Shown here piece by piece: positions 37,665 to 51,480 of a stretch of DNA of 64,000 nucleotides (positions are counted from its first letter, which is position 1; each line of letters begins with the position of its first letter). The notes beneath the pieces are model-generated. The model searched no databases. It was not told the origin of the DNA and worked only from the letters and a program-made list of their open reading frames with translations. A program made the position numbers and the translations under genes. This stretch comes from Carcharhinus amblyrhynchos (taxonomy: Eukaryota). The stretch spans positions 37,944,001 through 38,008,000 of the forward strand of contig OZ336881.1 of assembly GCA_965287045.1 (NCBI GenBank). Reading direction: 5' to 3'.

Positions 37665-38137
37665 GCCACGACAAATCAGCCATGATCTTATTGAATGGCG
37701 GGGCAGGCTCGAAGGGCTAGATGGCCTACTCCTGCTCCTATTTCTTATGTTCTTATGTAGATGGGGATGTGAAGAAGTGCATGGGATGAAAAGAATGGAT
37801 GAGCTAGCAATTGAGTTGGGTACGAGAAGTGGTGTGATGTATAGTATTCTTGACATGACAGGGTGATGGTTTGAGGTGTGATATGCACAACAGGTAATTG
37901 TATTCATTTTTCCTGATCCAGTTAGGTCATTAACGCACTCCTTGCACTACCTCCTGGATCATGTTTCCACCTATTTGGAGAGAAGATTATCTCTAGCTCC
38001 TGAAAGCTCTCAGTAATACATCAAGGGAGATATCATTAAACTATGTCACTGTCTTGGAGGACATTGAGTCCATGTTCTGCAATTGTTTTCTCTGTTTCAA
38101 ATCTCCAAATTCTATCTTTGGATTGGCCCTTTAAACA

Positions 38138-39010
38138 CAGTAAAATCCCAGTGAGTCAAATCCAAGGGACCTACCCACAAATTTGTGTTAAGTGGAGCTT
38201 GGTAATAGCTGAGGAGGCTCAAATTCCCATAGGAATGCATTTCTGTGTAACCCAATATGCCTACAAATGCGATCCATGTCAAAAACACCAGATTCCGATG
38301 CCAAATGGAAACGCAGTAAAGTGGTAAATGTGTGAAAAAAATCTTTCTTCAATTTGTTCACACTTTACAATGACCTGACCTTGTAAAAGGCTGGAGCTTT
38401 ACATTGAAAAATATCAGGATGTTAACTCTGGAAAATACTCTATAAACCTTTTTCTGCTTAGCATGCAGTCTTCGTACACATGCGATACAGACCATGGCAT
38501 TGTCGATGCAGTCAAACATATTTTTGGTGTTTTCATATTGCTGTATGAAATTCTGGAGCATCCCTACTGTCTTTGCAGCATCAGCTGGGGAAACAGGCTG
38601 GCAATCTCTGATTGACAATTCTTTTAACTTCCCTTTAGGTTTAGTCACGTTCACAGACATTGTACAGGGACATTGCGATGTTAAAAAGTGGCTTGCCCAG
38701 CACATCATGATTTTGTGCTTGTGTGGTTGAAGGCTGCTCTGATTGGTCAGCATAGTCATGTGACAGCTTAGATAAATTCGGCTAACCCGGAGTTACTAGT
38801 CTGGAATTTCAGCTGATCATGGGCACCATTCTGTGGGATTCGCTATTTGGTTGGCGGGAATTGTTGACAACATCAACATAACCATAATTTTATGTCACCC
38901 GAGTTTGACTCTTTGCATTTTTCCTGCATTTGAGTTAAAATGACATAATTTGTGTTCTCACCAGGCTTGTTGCTGCCTTTTTGAAGTCAGATGAATTGCC
39001 TGCATTAAAA
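38138..39010 (-). mobile_element. Decayed Tigger/pogo-like DNA transposon
   Basis: TIR-like 'cagtaaaatcccagtgagtc' at 38138; minus-strand PVSPADAAKTVGMLQNFIQQ...KQKKV..VF resembles Tigger transposase C-terminus. Confidence 0.5.
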
Positions 39011-39114
39011 CGCCACAGACTGAAGCTCTGAATTTGCCTCTGAGGTTCTGGTGTGAAATTGGCCACCCAGCTCCCATTGCACCTTGAATTTAATACTGAG
39101 GCCCATCTACTGAT

Positions 39115-39428
39115 GGGCAGAACAGTGGCATAGTGGTCAGCACTGCTGGCTCACAGTGCCAGGGACCAGGGTTCGATTCCAGCCTTGGGTTAGTGTGGAG
39201 TTTGCACTTTCTCCCTGTGTCTGTGTGGGTTTCCTCCGGGTGCTCTGGTTTCCTCCCATTGTCCAAAGATGTGCGGGTTAGGTTGATTGGCCATGTTAAA
39301 TTGACCCTAGTGTCAGGGTGATCAGCAGAGTAAATGAAGGTTATGGGAATAGGACCTGGGTGGGATTTTGGTTGGTACAGATTCAATGGGCTGAATGGCC
39401 TCCTTCTGTACTGTAGGGATTCTATGAT
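39115..39428 (+). mobile_element. HE1-type V-SINE
   Basis: Head, V core and tail 'atgggctgaatggcctccttctgtactgtagggattctatg'. Confidence 0.9.
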
Positions 39429-39850
39429 CCTCAATTATACTTCCAGCTGTGTGAATACATACTATTTTATTTTGGTCTTTTTGATGGGCTAGTGGGTGTA
39501 TATAATTTTATCTCTGTCCGGTGTAATGTCATTTTGTAGTGTGGGAATAGGTATTCTAGTGAATTTAGAATAAAAAATTATCATCATTTCCTAAATGTGT
39601 TGGCTGCGTGTTTGTGATTTACAAAGGCATCCATCATTCAGCTATAATCTAACACATTAATGGGCAACCTAGGTTTATGAGTGGGCTGCATGAGTGGCCC
39701 TCCTTCAGAGGGCCGCTAGTTGAAATCGGGTTTGTTCAATAACCATGACTCTTGAATAAGATTAAATTAATTTAGTATGCATATTTCATAGTGAGTTATA
39801 GAAAATACTTAATCATTTATATAAACACTAAAACTATCACCAACTTCAAA

Positions 39851-40218
39851 TGGGCAGCATGGTGGCACAGTGATTAGCACTACTGTCTCACAGTGCCAGG
39901 GACTCGGGTTTGACTCGGGTCACTGTCTGTGTGGAATATACACATTCTTCCCGTGTCTGCATGGGTTTCCTCCGGGTGCTCTGATTTCCTCCCACAGTCC
40001 AAAATTGACATCTTAGAGAAAACAAAAACTTTGTTGGTTAGGTTGATTAGCCATGCTAAATTACTCCTGAGTGTCCCAGGATGCGTAGTTCAGAGGGATT
40101 AGCAGAGTAAATGTGAGGTTACAGGGATAAGGCCTAGGTGGGATTGTTGTCGGTGCTGATTCGATGGACTGAATGGCCTCCTTCTGTACTGTAAGGTTTC
40201 TATGATTATTTCTATGAT
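39851..40218 (+). mobile_element. HE1-type V-SINE with a short internal insertion
   Basis: Head, V core and tail; extra sequence at ~40003-40035. Confidence 0.9.
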
Positions 40219-43200
40219 TTACAGTTTGGACACAGAAGGAGCGTATGGCTCTCACAGTTAATGTTGTGAGCAATCAGCATGTGAAATCAGCATGTCACTC
40301 CACTTGCCCTTGTTTTCCGTATCACTTCAGTCATACTGGTAGGAAAAAATGTGGACAGAAACCAATAGAATTTGGCAACCCTGAGCGTGGGCAACGGTCG
40401 ACAAAATGTCTCATGGGCTGCGCTGAGAAGCCAGATGGGCTGCATGTTGGTTGCCCACCATTGATCTAACATGAACTCGCTCCCCAGGTTTTACAAACCA
40501 GTTACATTCTACACTCCAAAAAGGAACCAAAGGTCTTATATGGATACCTGTTGTAATTTTCTCATCTTCCACTATTAGTTTCATGCCTCAGGAGCAGCTG
40601 GTGAGATGGGATATATCAAGAGACACAACCCACATTTTGTTTCGTAGCTGGCTTAAGAGGCAGCTGACATAATCAAATTTCAATCTAGTTTGCAGGAGAA
40701 AGGAGCCTGCATTATTTTTGCTGGTGTTGAAAGTTGGATTAATTGAGCTGGATTGCTTTCCTCCAAAGCCCTCTCATTTTCAGGTATACGTTCTCAACTG
40801 TATAGTTTCTTCACAACTTGCAGAGGTTCCAACATCACCTTCCAGCCCTGCTTCTCCCACCTACTTTCACGTTCAGTCTCCATTTTGTATAGGGGTGAAG
40901 TTGAAAAGTAAAGTCAAAAGTGACATCTTGGAGAAAACAAAAACTCAGCCCTTGGCATTGCAATGGTTTAACATTCTGTCACATGGCACGAAGGAGAGGT
41001 GCATCTGACATTTGGAGCTGTAAGTTTCACTCTTGGCCTGTTTTGAATCTCAGCTGGAATTATTTGGGGAGGATACTTGCATTCACTGCATGAAATATTC
41101 ACCAAACAGTTAGAGGCAATTAGTGGGATTGGGAACTGTATACTCCCTACATTTATTGTCGAGAAAAGGACAAATGGATAGATTAGTTGTACAAAAGAAA
41201 ATGCAAAATGAGTAAAAAAGCTAAAAACAAAATACAAAACACATGTGTGTTTGTTAAAGAATCTCTTAAAGCGAGAAGAAAATGACATTCCAGCTTCTTG
41301 AAATTTCAAACTGGAACAGTGGGTTGCTGTGAAGCTGAACATTCTCATGTTAAGATTCCTACACAGTATCCAGTGGATAACTTCATTGTAAGTCTGTAAC
41401 ATGTTAAAGCCTCCGGATGCTCTGAGCTGTGAGTATTCTCTAGGAGTCCTGTCCAAGAATAATCTGGTGAAAATGTGGACAGAGAACTGAAGACCTCTGC
41501 TTTCCCTGAACATATGCAGCTCTGATCAGTCTGGTATTTCAAGAAAACAAGGTCCTGAACCCTAATCCTCAGACACATAACAAAGCACACTTCACAGCTG
41601 TGATGCACAGCAACTATCAGCTACGAGACCTGAGTGTGTCCCACGACAATGCCTCTTTTATCACCCTGAGGACAAATAACTAGACAGCAATATTTTCCGC
41701 TTGAATGCACCAAGCTTCTCTCACAACTCATGACTGAAAGAAAAACTGGACTGAGAGAGAATGTTTGTTAAGTGATTATTCTAATTTACTAGCTGATGTA
41801 AATTTAAATGAACTGACGCCAATGCAGACATGAACAGAACCACTGTCAGAGGAAAGCAGAAAGCTAAACACACCAATATTGTCTCAGCAGCCACTTGGAG
41901 AGCATGGAGGATGTCAAGAGGGCCATATGCACAAAGCATCACCAGTATGACAAATGCTTCCAATGAGTAAATATTTTGTTATATTCGTGGAACTCAAATG
42001 TGTCTTGCCCATGCATTCAAATTGCTTGATTTGACTATGCAGTAAAAATAGAAACAACAAAGCTTATACATCACAATCTATTGATTTTCACATGTTCTGC
42101 TGCCTTTATAAATTCAAATTTCTTAACCGGGAAGCTTGTGGGCTTTTTAAGTTTTTTTGAATTTCTAATGAGCCTTTGTTCAACACAAATAGGCCACGAT
42201 TTTCAACTTCCTTCCAAATCGGGCAATGGGTGGGGAGGGTGTCTGCTACACCCGTCTGATGACATTGTCACAAGGCACGAACCATTATCGAGTTCATGCC
42301 TCATTACAATATTCATGGCGAGCTGCCAGTTCTACCGCGCTTATTATTAGCTGCTAACCCTTGGGGGAGGGTGGGAAATTGAATGGGGCCACCACGATTT
42401 AAAGGCAGCCTGGATCTCTTAAAGGGGAGGTGCATTTTTCCCTTGCAAAGAGGTGTCGCAGACAACGCATTTGGCCGGCCCAATTAACATTTCTTTGTTT
42501 CGGCGTAAATTTCTGTCTGGCGACACTTCTGTGAAAAAGCAAGGGACTTTTTTTTAGGTGTAAGTTGTTATTGTTGTGTAGGATCATGAGAACTTCGTCA
42601 CAGCCCATGAGCAGGTCCAGACTTGGAAATGCAAAGGGAGGTATGTCCCAAACAAAAGGCCCAAAGCCAGCCTGAAATTGGACTCTGGACATCACTACAC
42701 TTTATGCATAGGCAGACAGCACCTTTTGTATCCCATAGGTAGCTTGTGCATTTGAGGAACATGAATGTCAATCTGTGTGCCTCTCCAGTAACAAATTGAT
42801 GGTGCAGGGGGTAAATAAGTGGGAGAAGGATGGTGGAGGTGTGTGGTTAAAGCAGGCAACAGTATTGGCGACCAGACAAGCCTGTTGCTTATCCCTGTCA
42901 TTGTTCCTTAACCAGGCCAATTCAGTTACACACCCGGGTTTGGATGCCAAAAACATGGCTGATTCAACTTAGGTCAAACTTTTTCAGACACCCCCAAAGT
43001 GCAGGTTGATGATCCCAGAATATAACTCTTAATGGGCATATTTTACTACCACTTCTCTCCCCTCTCAAATCTTTACCGCAAGAGTTCTCCCCATAATTTC
43101 AGCTCAAAATGACATTTGGATTATGATGTAGGTGCAGAATCCTCAATTGAATAAGTATAAAGTTTTCACTGGTTTCCAGTCTGCTCATAGGGCGTCCAAA

Positions 43201-43351
43201 TTAAGATCTATTTTAAGATGATATCAGGTAGCTTGTGGGCATAAAGTGGGCAGGATAATTTGGGATTCATAATCTCAAACTATGTCATAAATGAGACAAT
43301 TGGAAATCATCCTACAATATTTAAACAATTTAAATGGCAGCACTTTGTCCA

Positions 43352-43688
43352 AGGAGGCAATGGCCTGGTAGTATTATCGCTCGACTATTAATCTAGAAAC
43401 TCAGCTAATGTTCTGGGCAGCCAGGTTCAAATCCCACCACAGCAGATGGTGGAATTTGAATTCAACAAAAAATATCTGGAATTCAGGATCTTCTGATGAC
43501 CTTGAAACTATTGTCGATTGTCAAAAAAAACCCCATCTGATTCACTAATGTCCTTTAGAGAAGGAAATCTGCCATCCTTATCTGGTCTGGTCTTCATGTG
43601 ACTCCAGAGCCACAATGCCCTTGGGCAAGCAGGAATGGGCAATAAATGCTGGCCAGCCAGGACGTCCATGTCCAATGAGTGAATAAAA
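43352..43688 (+). mobile_element. Type C tRNA-derived SINE
   Basis: Colinear with 19888-20250. Confidence 0.85.
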
Positions 43689-44949
43689 TCAGAAGTTCAA
43701 CGTTGATGGTTGTTCCTGATGCACCAGCACAATGGTGCCATGGAAAGTAGGTATAGATTTAGATCATCATTACTCACGCAGTGAATATCTGCTCCAAACT
43801 GTGCCAATGGAAGGAAGACACTTGTTGAAGGCTCTTTAATGGCATACTCATCCAAGATCTCCCTTCCACTTGACAAGAGCCAATAGAGACTCATCTGAAT
43901 GTGGAATATAAAGAGCTCTGAAGAAAGAAGAGAAGAAAATGCTGAACAGCATCCTCCAAAAATAAAGAATGAAACACATACAGGATTGCTTAGTTTTAAA
44001 AATGAATTGTCTTTTGATGTTTTGTGTGCATATGTAACACATGTACAATGATTAGAACTGAGGAAAAAAGAGAGAGCTGCATGATTCATTACTGACAATG
44101 TAAAATATACAATTTGTGAAACTATATTAAATGTTAATTCTTCTCTGCTCATATGTGTCAGAAGCCATGAGCTACTCTCAAATTGTACCTGATGAATTTG
44201 GACACTGCTGATCTCAAACTCATTACCTCACTAATGTTAGCATGAATTTCCTTCATTTGCCTTCTGATTTGAATGAGTTGGGTACTTGCACCAATTTCAG
44301 GTAACGCTAATATTCCAGATTCCTACCTGCAAAGTCATCACTGCAATCAGCCGGCAGCTCTGTGATGCCGGCTTCTCTGTCTGGTTTTCTTCCTTTCTTC
44401 TTCCTCTCTCAGATCTCACATTCATTTGGCCCTGCTGTTATTTTTTTCTTTGTCTCATTCCATTGTGCGACATTTTCCCTGTCATGGATGTAGGCATTGC
44501 AATCAAAGATCAATTGTTCCTAAAATGTAATGCAAGTTTTAAAATGTTCAGCATAATCATCCAATTCTTTAGTGCCCATTCCCAATTCTTTAGTAATTCC
44601 ACCCTCCTTTTTTATTATGGCTCTTTAGTGAAGAGGCACTCCCAGGTTATGGATGAAAGCAGCCCAGGCTGGCTCACACCACAGATTTTATTTGCTTCAT
44701 TTGGAGCCTCCTCACCTCCATTTGACACTTCCCAAAATGTTCTGTGCACTGTTGTAAATCGACAGTTATATCATCTCGGCACGATACATTATTGAGCCGT
44801 CAGTTTAATTTCACAAAATACAGCAGCAAAAAATGTGGAGATAAATCTTCTTTGCAGATGTGATAGGAAACAGATGACTCGATAGGAATAGCATAAATGG
44901 CTGAGGTTTTATTTTCTTGGGTGGAATTTTATCACTTACCTGGAAGTCC

Positions 44950-45073
44950 TGGACAGAATTCTCCAGTCTCGTATCACTGCCAGTGAGAGAAGAACTTGGC
45001 GATCATCCAAATCTGCATTCCCTGCAATGAGCCCAGGGAATCACAGCCATGAGCAGGGTCAGAGAATTCCAGC
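44950..45073. mobile_element. Harbinger-type MITE
   Basis: TIRs 'ggacagaattctcc' / 'agagaattccagc'; interior similar to 26042 and 50085 copies. Confidence 0.6.
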
Positions 45074-46004
45074 ACTCCCACCCTCCACCCTGGGGCTTAA
45101 GTAGGAGGTGACTCCACTTTGGTGGGCAACACACAATGCCAGAAGCAGCCAGTAGATAGGCCACTGCCAGAGCTGCTGACCACGTAAGAATGGTGGCTAA
45201 CCCTGTTATGTGAGCCGCTATGGACTAAGGGTGCATAAAGAGTCATGATGTAGGCTTGAATACTTCAACACTTGGAGCTCTCTATTTGAGTGTGCACTCA
45301 TTCACAGTCAGGTCTGAGACTGGCAAACAGGTCCCACATTAGGAGCTCATTGCCTAGGGGTCACCTGACCGCACTCTTAAAGGAGCAGTCTGCACCCCAA
45401 ATCCCAACATACAATATACATACATACATCATAAACCAGCACTGCTCCCCCCCCCGAAGTGTTGCCAGCCAAATCAGAGGTCCAGCAGTTCAGCGGTACC
45501 CATTGCTGAGGCTGCAGCTCCAAAGGGTGGGCACCTCAATGGGGAGGTGCCTTTGCAGAGAGCTCAGGTAAGTTGAGGGAAGCAAACTCCAGGCTCCAGC
45601 AATCGTGGTGAGGCAGTGGTTTTCATAGAACACTTATGCGGTGAGAGCCCTCCTGATGTTAGTAAAATATCTGCAGAGTTGTGAAGTGGCTCAATTGGTC
45701 ATTCAGCAGGCTACCAAGTCACCAAGTTTCCCTTTGTCAGGAACATGGCAGGGCAGCGAGAAGACTTCCAGCTCCCCTATTGATGTCTCTGCCCAAATTT
45801 GGCAAGCCTGACGGCCTCCCAATCCATCACCAACAGGCGGGAAAATTCAAATTGAGTGGCCGCCTGTCACTCAAACTAATGCCCCTCAATTTGACAAAAT
45901 ATCCCTTTTCTTCAAGTTGCAGATACTTATGAAACATGGAGTTAGCATTTTAAATGAAGATTTGAGTTTTGGGTTGGGATCAAGGCTGAATTGAAGAAAT
46001 TAGA

Positions 46005-46712
46005 AAGTGTAAATGTTGCAGAGGAATCTCGGGTCCTTGTCCATATGTGACTGAAAGCTAACATGCAGATGCAGTGAGCTACTACAAAGGCTAATGGGAC
46101 GTTAGCCTCCATTACAAGATGAGTACAGGTGTACAGGAATAGTGAGGTCTTGTTTCAATTGTATAGGAGCCTGGTTAGACCACACTTGGAGTAGTGTATG
46201 GAGTTTTGGTCCCCTTATCTCAGAAAGGATATTATTGGGAGTGCAACAAGTGTTCACCAGATTTGTTCTGGGAATGGTGGAATTGCCTTATGAAGACAGA
46301 TTAGGCAAACTGGTTCTGTGTTCTCTGGAGGCTCGAGGAATGAGAGTTGATGTCATTGAAGCCTAAAAAAATACTTAAAGGAATAGACCAGGTAGGTGCA
46401 AGTAAGATGATTCCCTTGGTTGGGGAGTCAAGAGCCAGGGCCACAATTTCAAAATAAGGGGGATGCCACTTAGGACTAAGATGAAGAGAAATGTCTTTGC
46501 ATAGAGTGTTGTGAATCTTTGGAATTTTCTACCTCAGAGGGCTGTGGAAGTTCTGTTGAGTATGTTTAAAGCAGAGATGGATAGATTACTGATGAACAAT
46601 GATATATGGGGATCTTGGGCGTAAAAGACATTGAAGTACCGAATCAGCAATGATCATATTAAATAGTAGAGCAGGCATGATGGGCTGAATGGCCTACTCC
46701 TATTCCTATAAT
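46005..46712 (+). mobile_element. CR1 3' fragment, decayed
   Basis: KANGTL...LVRPHLE.C..FWSP remnants; tail 'gaatggcctactcctattcctat'. Confidence 0.85.
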
Positions 46713-47087
46713 AAGATTTCTGTAGTGTATCCTACTGTGTGGAGTGTGTGTGAAGAATAGGCAGCTGTTAAAGAGTTACTGGCTATCCTTTAAACACTGT
46801 CATTAAAAGGAAAGGACATGCTTTGAAACTGCAAAGAATCCTTTGAAAAATTGGACGCTGAGAAAAAACTGGGCCAGTAACAGGGGGGTAAGGGTTACAA
46901 GGCGAAAACATTAAATTTAGAGCAAATTTAAAATTAATTTAGGAATACCTCATTAACTTGTAAGGATGTTAATTGCACCAATAACTACCTGTCTAACGAC
47001 AATAAATCTTTCACTTTAGCAGATATATTTCTCGCCAGCATCCAAAAGTACCTCTATTATATCTGGAAGTGGCCAAATAGGGACTAT

Positions 47088-48097
47088 AATATAAACAGAA
47101 AATGCTGGGCAAACATAGCAGGTCTGGCAAAATCTCTGGAGAGAGAAACAGTAAATGTTTTGAGTCTGTGTGATTCTCTTTCAGAACTTGAGAGAGGTAG
47201 AAATGGATGATATAATTAGAGAGAGGATGAGGTGAGGCAGCATAGGTGAGGGGTAAGTTGGATCTAAGCAGGGATTGACCTTGGACAGTGAGCAGGGAGG
47301 CGGTAAAGGGGTGGCTGTTGCATTTTACGATTACACAAAGGGGAGTGCTGTGGAAGGGAATGAAGGGTTGGGGGCATTGGAGGAGTGGACCAGGATGTCA
47401 CAGAGAGAATGGTCACTGTGGAGTGCTTAGGGGGGAAGTTGGAGGTGGCAGCGAGGGGAAGGTGTGTTTAGTGATGGCATCATGCTGGAGTTGGCAGAGA
47501 ATGTGGAACTTCGAACGTGGAAGCTGGTGGGATGAAAAGTGAGAACAAGAGGGGTAGAACATAGAACGTAGAACACTACCGCACAAACAGGCCCCTCAGC
47601 CCACAAGTTGCGCCAATCATATCCCTACCTACCAGGCCTATCCATAACTCTCAATCCCATTAAATCTTGTCATGATTCTGGGAAGGAGGGGTTGGGGTGA
47701 GGGCAGAGGTGCAGGAAATGGGTCAGATATGGATGAGTGCCCTGACAACCATAGTGAGGGAGATACCTCAGTTCAGGGAAAAGGCAGACATGTCAGAGGC
47801 GCTGTTTTCATAAGGTGGCAACATCAGAACAGATGTGACGGAGGAACTGGGAAAATGGGATGGAGTCATAGAGATCATAGAGGTTTACATCATGGAAACA
47901 GCCGCTTCAGCCCAACTTGTCCATGCCACCCAATTTTTACCACTAAGTCCTTCCATTGGGTGTGAGGAGCTGTCATCAAAGTCACTGCGGTTTGGGTTTA
48001 TAATGAATATTGGTGTCAGTCCATCATTCGAAATGGAGACGGAAAGGTTAAGGAAGGGAAGGGAAGTGCTGGAAATGGACCATGTAAAGGTGAGAGA
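47088..48097 (-). mobile_element. Decayed Penelope-like element (second family) with small CR1-tail inserts (~47555-47665, ~47866-47950)
   Basis: Minus-strand terminus 'gtttctctctccagagattttgccagacctgctatgtttgcccagcattttctgttt'; upstream FTWSISSTSLPFLN remnant typical of Penelope RT C-terminus. Confidence 0.65.
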
Positions 48098-48399
48098 TAT
48101 GGTGGTGCCTTTTGAGAATTTATTAATTTCAGCCCCCCCGCCTCATATTTGACCTCCCACTCCGTGCACTTGCACCAACCACCAACATACCATTCTGATG
48201 CTGTGTTGAAGGACTTTCCAACTCAGGCCAGGCAAGATTCAGGCAGTGCAGCGCAACCCGGGACCGAGCATCAAAATTCATCTCCGTTTAGGTGAAGGAC
48301 ACACCCACTTTTTATGACACTGACTGTTGTAAACCAGGTAAGTTAAAGGGCCCATGAAATTTAAAGCTCCTTGGTAGGCCAGGGTGAAGGTAAGTATCG

Positions 48400-49430
48400 A
48401 AGATAAATAGATAGGATTAGGGATTGGAAGGTTTTGGAGATCAAGGAGGCATTGGAGGTCAGAGGGAGGATCAGAGATTGGGGAGGGTCAGGCCTTGGGG
48501 ATGGTGTAGTCGGACCTCAGCAGGATGTGAGGGGGTTACATTCAGAGGAGGAGTGTGTCAGGTAGAGGGATGCGGGCTGGCTGAGAGGGGTTGGATCTCG
48601 GGGAGGGGGGTTGGTCCATGTTGCTTTGGGTCAGGCCGAGCTTGTGAGTATGCTGGGTGGGGTCTGCAGGGATGTTTCCAGCCAAAACTGAGGTGGGGGT
48701 TCAGGTTGGCAGGGATTTAAGGGGGGTGGGGTGGGGTGGGGAGGGTTAGCCAGGTCGGTTTGGTTAGGGTAGACTTGTAGTGGGAGGGTGACTATTCAGG
48801 TCGTGGGTTGTGTTGGGTTGGGGGGTTGGATTGGGTTGGGCTTCAGGTGGCGTGGAGTTGGGAGTTGGGCCTATTATGGAGGAGGAGTCCAATTTGGACG
48901 GGGGAAGTCCCTGAGGGAGGTGGGGTGGGGGTGGCAGGGGGTCAAAGGTGAGCCGTGAGGGATAGCCAGCTGGGGGATGGTGGTGTGCCCTGTGGGATCG
49001 GGTGGTGGCTCGCATCTCTTAGATGGGAGTGGGAGGTGTGTTGGGAGTTCTGTGGTGGTGGGGATTAAATCTGGGTCTAAATAAGTTACCCAGAAACTGG
49101 AAGTGCTTTTAATTCTTCTAATTTTTTCTGGGTAACTGCTGATATAACACAGTCAAAACCATTTGAAGTTTGTGATGTAAATTGCTTTTTTGGATGATTC
49201 CCAGAGCAGGATAACTGCTCAGGAAAGGTTTTTTAAGAAGTTTTAAAAGTTTTTACTTAATTATTAGTCATAAGTAAAGGCTTACATTAACACTGCAATG
49301 AAGTTACTCTGAAGTTGTCTAGAAGTTTGCACTTCCGGGCAATTGTTGTGTAAACTCTTACTTGTGAACTTTCTAAGGGGCTTCCCCAATGCATCTCCAA
49401 GTATAAAATTGGGGCGTTCAGAGGTTACAG
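48400..49430 (+). repeat. G-rich repeat with the same 3' module as 660-1430; contains a type B SINE tail (~49229-49315, minus)
   Basis: 'aagtttgcacttccgggcaattgttgtgtaaactcttacttgtgaact' matches ~1348-1394. Confidence 0.55.
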
Positions 49431-50084
49431 CTTTTTAAGAAACATACAAATTCACTTCTAACACTCCTGCTTTTTCCTGAGCAATTCCCTTGGTGTTAGC
49501 TTTACTCACCTTTATAGAACTTCTCCAACCTTTAAGAAAGACCCTACATGCCAACATAGAAAACCAACAATATCTGAAAAACAACTTGATAAAAGCTGAC
49601 ACAAATCAAAACTTGCCTGTTCAAGAACTGTTTTGACAGATAAAACCAAACAGTTACACAGACATTTTACCTTAAGCAGTGGGTGTGCAGAATATTCATT
49701 CAACCGAAGGAATAAAAAAACAGAAGTGCGTGAAAGACTGAAGAGGAAAACCTGAAGTTGAAAACTCAAGGTTGATGCATTTTTTGGAGGATGTCTAGGA
49801 GCCTGATGCTGATACACTACACCCTCTAGGAGAAAAAAAGTAATTATTTTTAAATGAAAACCAATGTATTCAGGTTAATTCTAAGCACTTTTATACTTCA
49901 CAAAATTTGGTCTTTAATTTTGAAAAGAAAAACAAAGTGACATTTGAGTTTTCAATAAAACAATCATATCGTTTTTGTTCCAAAGATATTTTAACACAGC
50001 AAACCAATGGGCATTTTATTTCTCGGTTAAGTGTCAAAGGTATGGCAGTGGAAATCTCTAGAATCTCAGTCATCAGCATGCTCT

Positions 50085-50205
50085 TGGCCAGAATTCTCTG
50101 ACGTCATTTGAACCATCACCACTACCAGCGAGAATGGAGAATCTCCATTTATAACAGTGGGGCTAGTGAATCCCAGCCGCAAGCGAGGTTGGAAAACTCT
50201 GGCCC
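50085..50205. mobile_element. Harbinger-type MITE
   Basis: TIRs tggccagaattctc / gaaaactctggccc; interior 'ccactaccagcgagaatggagaat' shared with the 26042 copy. Confidence 0.7.
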
Positions 50206-50234
50206 TTATCTTCCTCCTTTTTATCTGAATTAGC

Positions 50235-50573
50235 ATAGAATCCCTACAATGCAGAAGGCGGCCATTTGGCCCATCAAGCCTGCACCAATTCTCTGAGTGT
50301 GTTACCTGGGCCCTCTCCTTCATCCTATCCCCATAAGCACTCACATTCACCATGGCTAATCCATCTAATCTACACATCTTGGGACACAAAGTGACAATTT
50401 AGCATGGCTAATCCACCTAACCTGCACATCTTTTGAATGTGGAAGGAAACCGGAGCACCCGGAGGAAACCCATGCAGAGACAAAGAGCATGTGCAGACTC
50501 CATACAGTCAGTCAGAATTGAATTTAGGTCCTTCTTGCTGTGAGGCAGCAGCGCTAACCACTCTGTCACCGTA
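50235..50573 (-). mobile_element. HE1-type V-SINE
   Basis: Head, V core, internal repeat and tail on minus strand. Confidence 0.9.
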
Positions 50574-50619
50574 TCACACATAGACTATCTGTGCTTTGCA
50601 CTTTGTTCCTCTTGCTGAT

Positions 50620-51480
50620 TCCAATTCTTGTGCAGACCACAGTGCAACATACCCACGTTGGAAACCCTGGCTCATCTATACTGATGGCAACTTTCATATC
50701 TGTCCAGGAAGCCAAAGTGAATCTTCATGATGATCACACGTCTGGCATGTGACCATGTGGCATTTGTTGCAGTGCTGTTGGGCTTCAATGGTCTAGTTTC
50801 TGTTGGGTGCTAGCAGCCAAGTTTCAGTTGAATGTACCTTGTTTCCTAGCAGCAACCATCTAAGTCTGCAGGTCCAAAAGACATCAGTGACCTAAACTTG
50901 AGGCTTCATGACTTCCTACACAGTAATCATGTGGCATCGTGTCACACAGCAGCTGAACATTGATACAGCAAAATGCCTTGCAGTTCATAAATACTCCTGG
51001 TTGATTTAGGGATGTGTGGATTGCCGTGTGTATGTAGTCAATAATACCCAGCAGCTGTGAGAGGGCCAGCCAGTGATGCAAATCTTAGTACCTGTTCATT
51101 TTCACTGGAACAATCTCAGACAGAATTGTTGGTCATGGCAAAAATGGACATTGATTATTTATCTATGTGGGTCAACAATTGAAGATCCTGGATATGTCTT
51201 TGGCAAATCGCTGGAGAGAAATGCTGTCTAAAACACTGAAGGCAATGATCACTTTGGCAGCTGTTGGTAACATGTGGCCCATCAGGTTCAATAGGGAATA
51301 GATCTTCTTCAGAAGGCAGTAGATATCTTCCACCCACTGATGTGACAATGTGGACCTCTGAAAGCACTTCTCTTCTGGCAGATGTGTTTGTATGGTCAGT
51401 TTCATGGATAATGCCATCTCTGGGCTGAAATCTTGTGCTGCTTTCCAGCAAGTGTTGGTCATATTGCTCCTCACCCAAGG
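50620..51480 (-). pseudogene. Decayed Harbinger DDE transposase
   Basis: GHMLPTAAKVIIA.S, GIIDY.H, F.NCK.F..INVQLLCD, GSHE, LLGNK, WLLAP and CGLH remnants in the expected order, with stops and frameshifts. Confidence 0.85.

Larger units (their letters stand above)
34508..37757 (+). mobile_element. Young 5'-truncated CR1 (HER1-like) LINE
   Basis: ORF1 C-terminus, intact ORF2, 3' UTR with (TTCTTATG)2 tail; TSD atgt(g/a)gatggg at 34497-34507 and 37755-37765. Confidence 0.97.

Noticed and set aside
40968-41513. 181-aa minus-strand ORF (and similar ORFs at 43697, 44286, 51641)
   Set aside because: No recognisable domain, low-complexity composition, no supporting splice structure.
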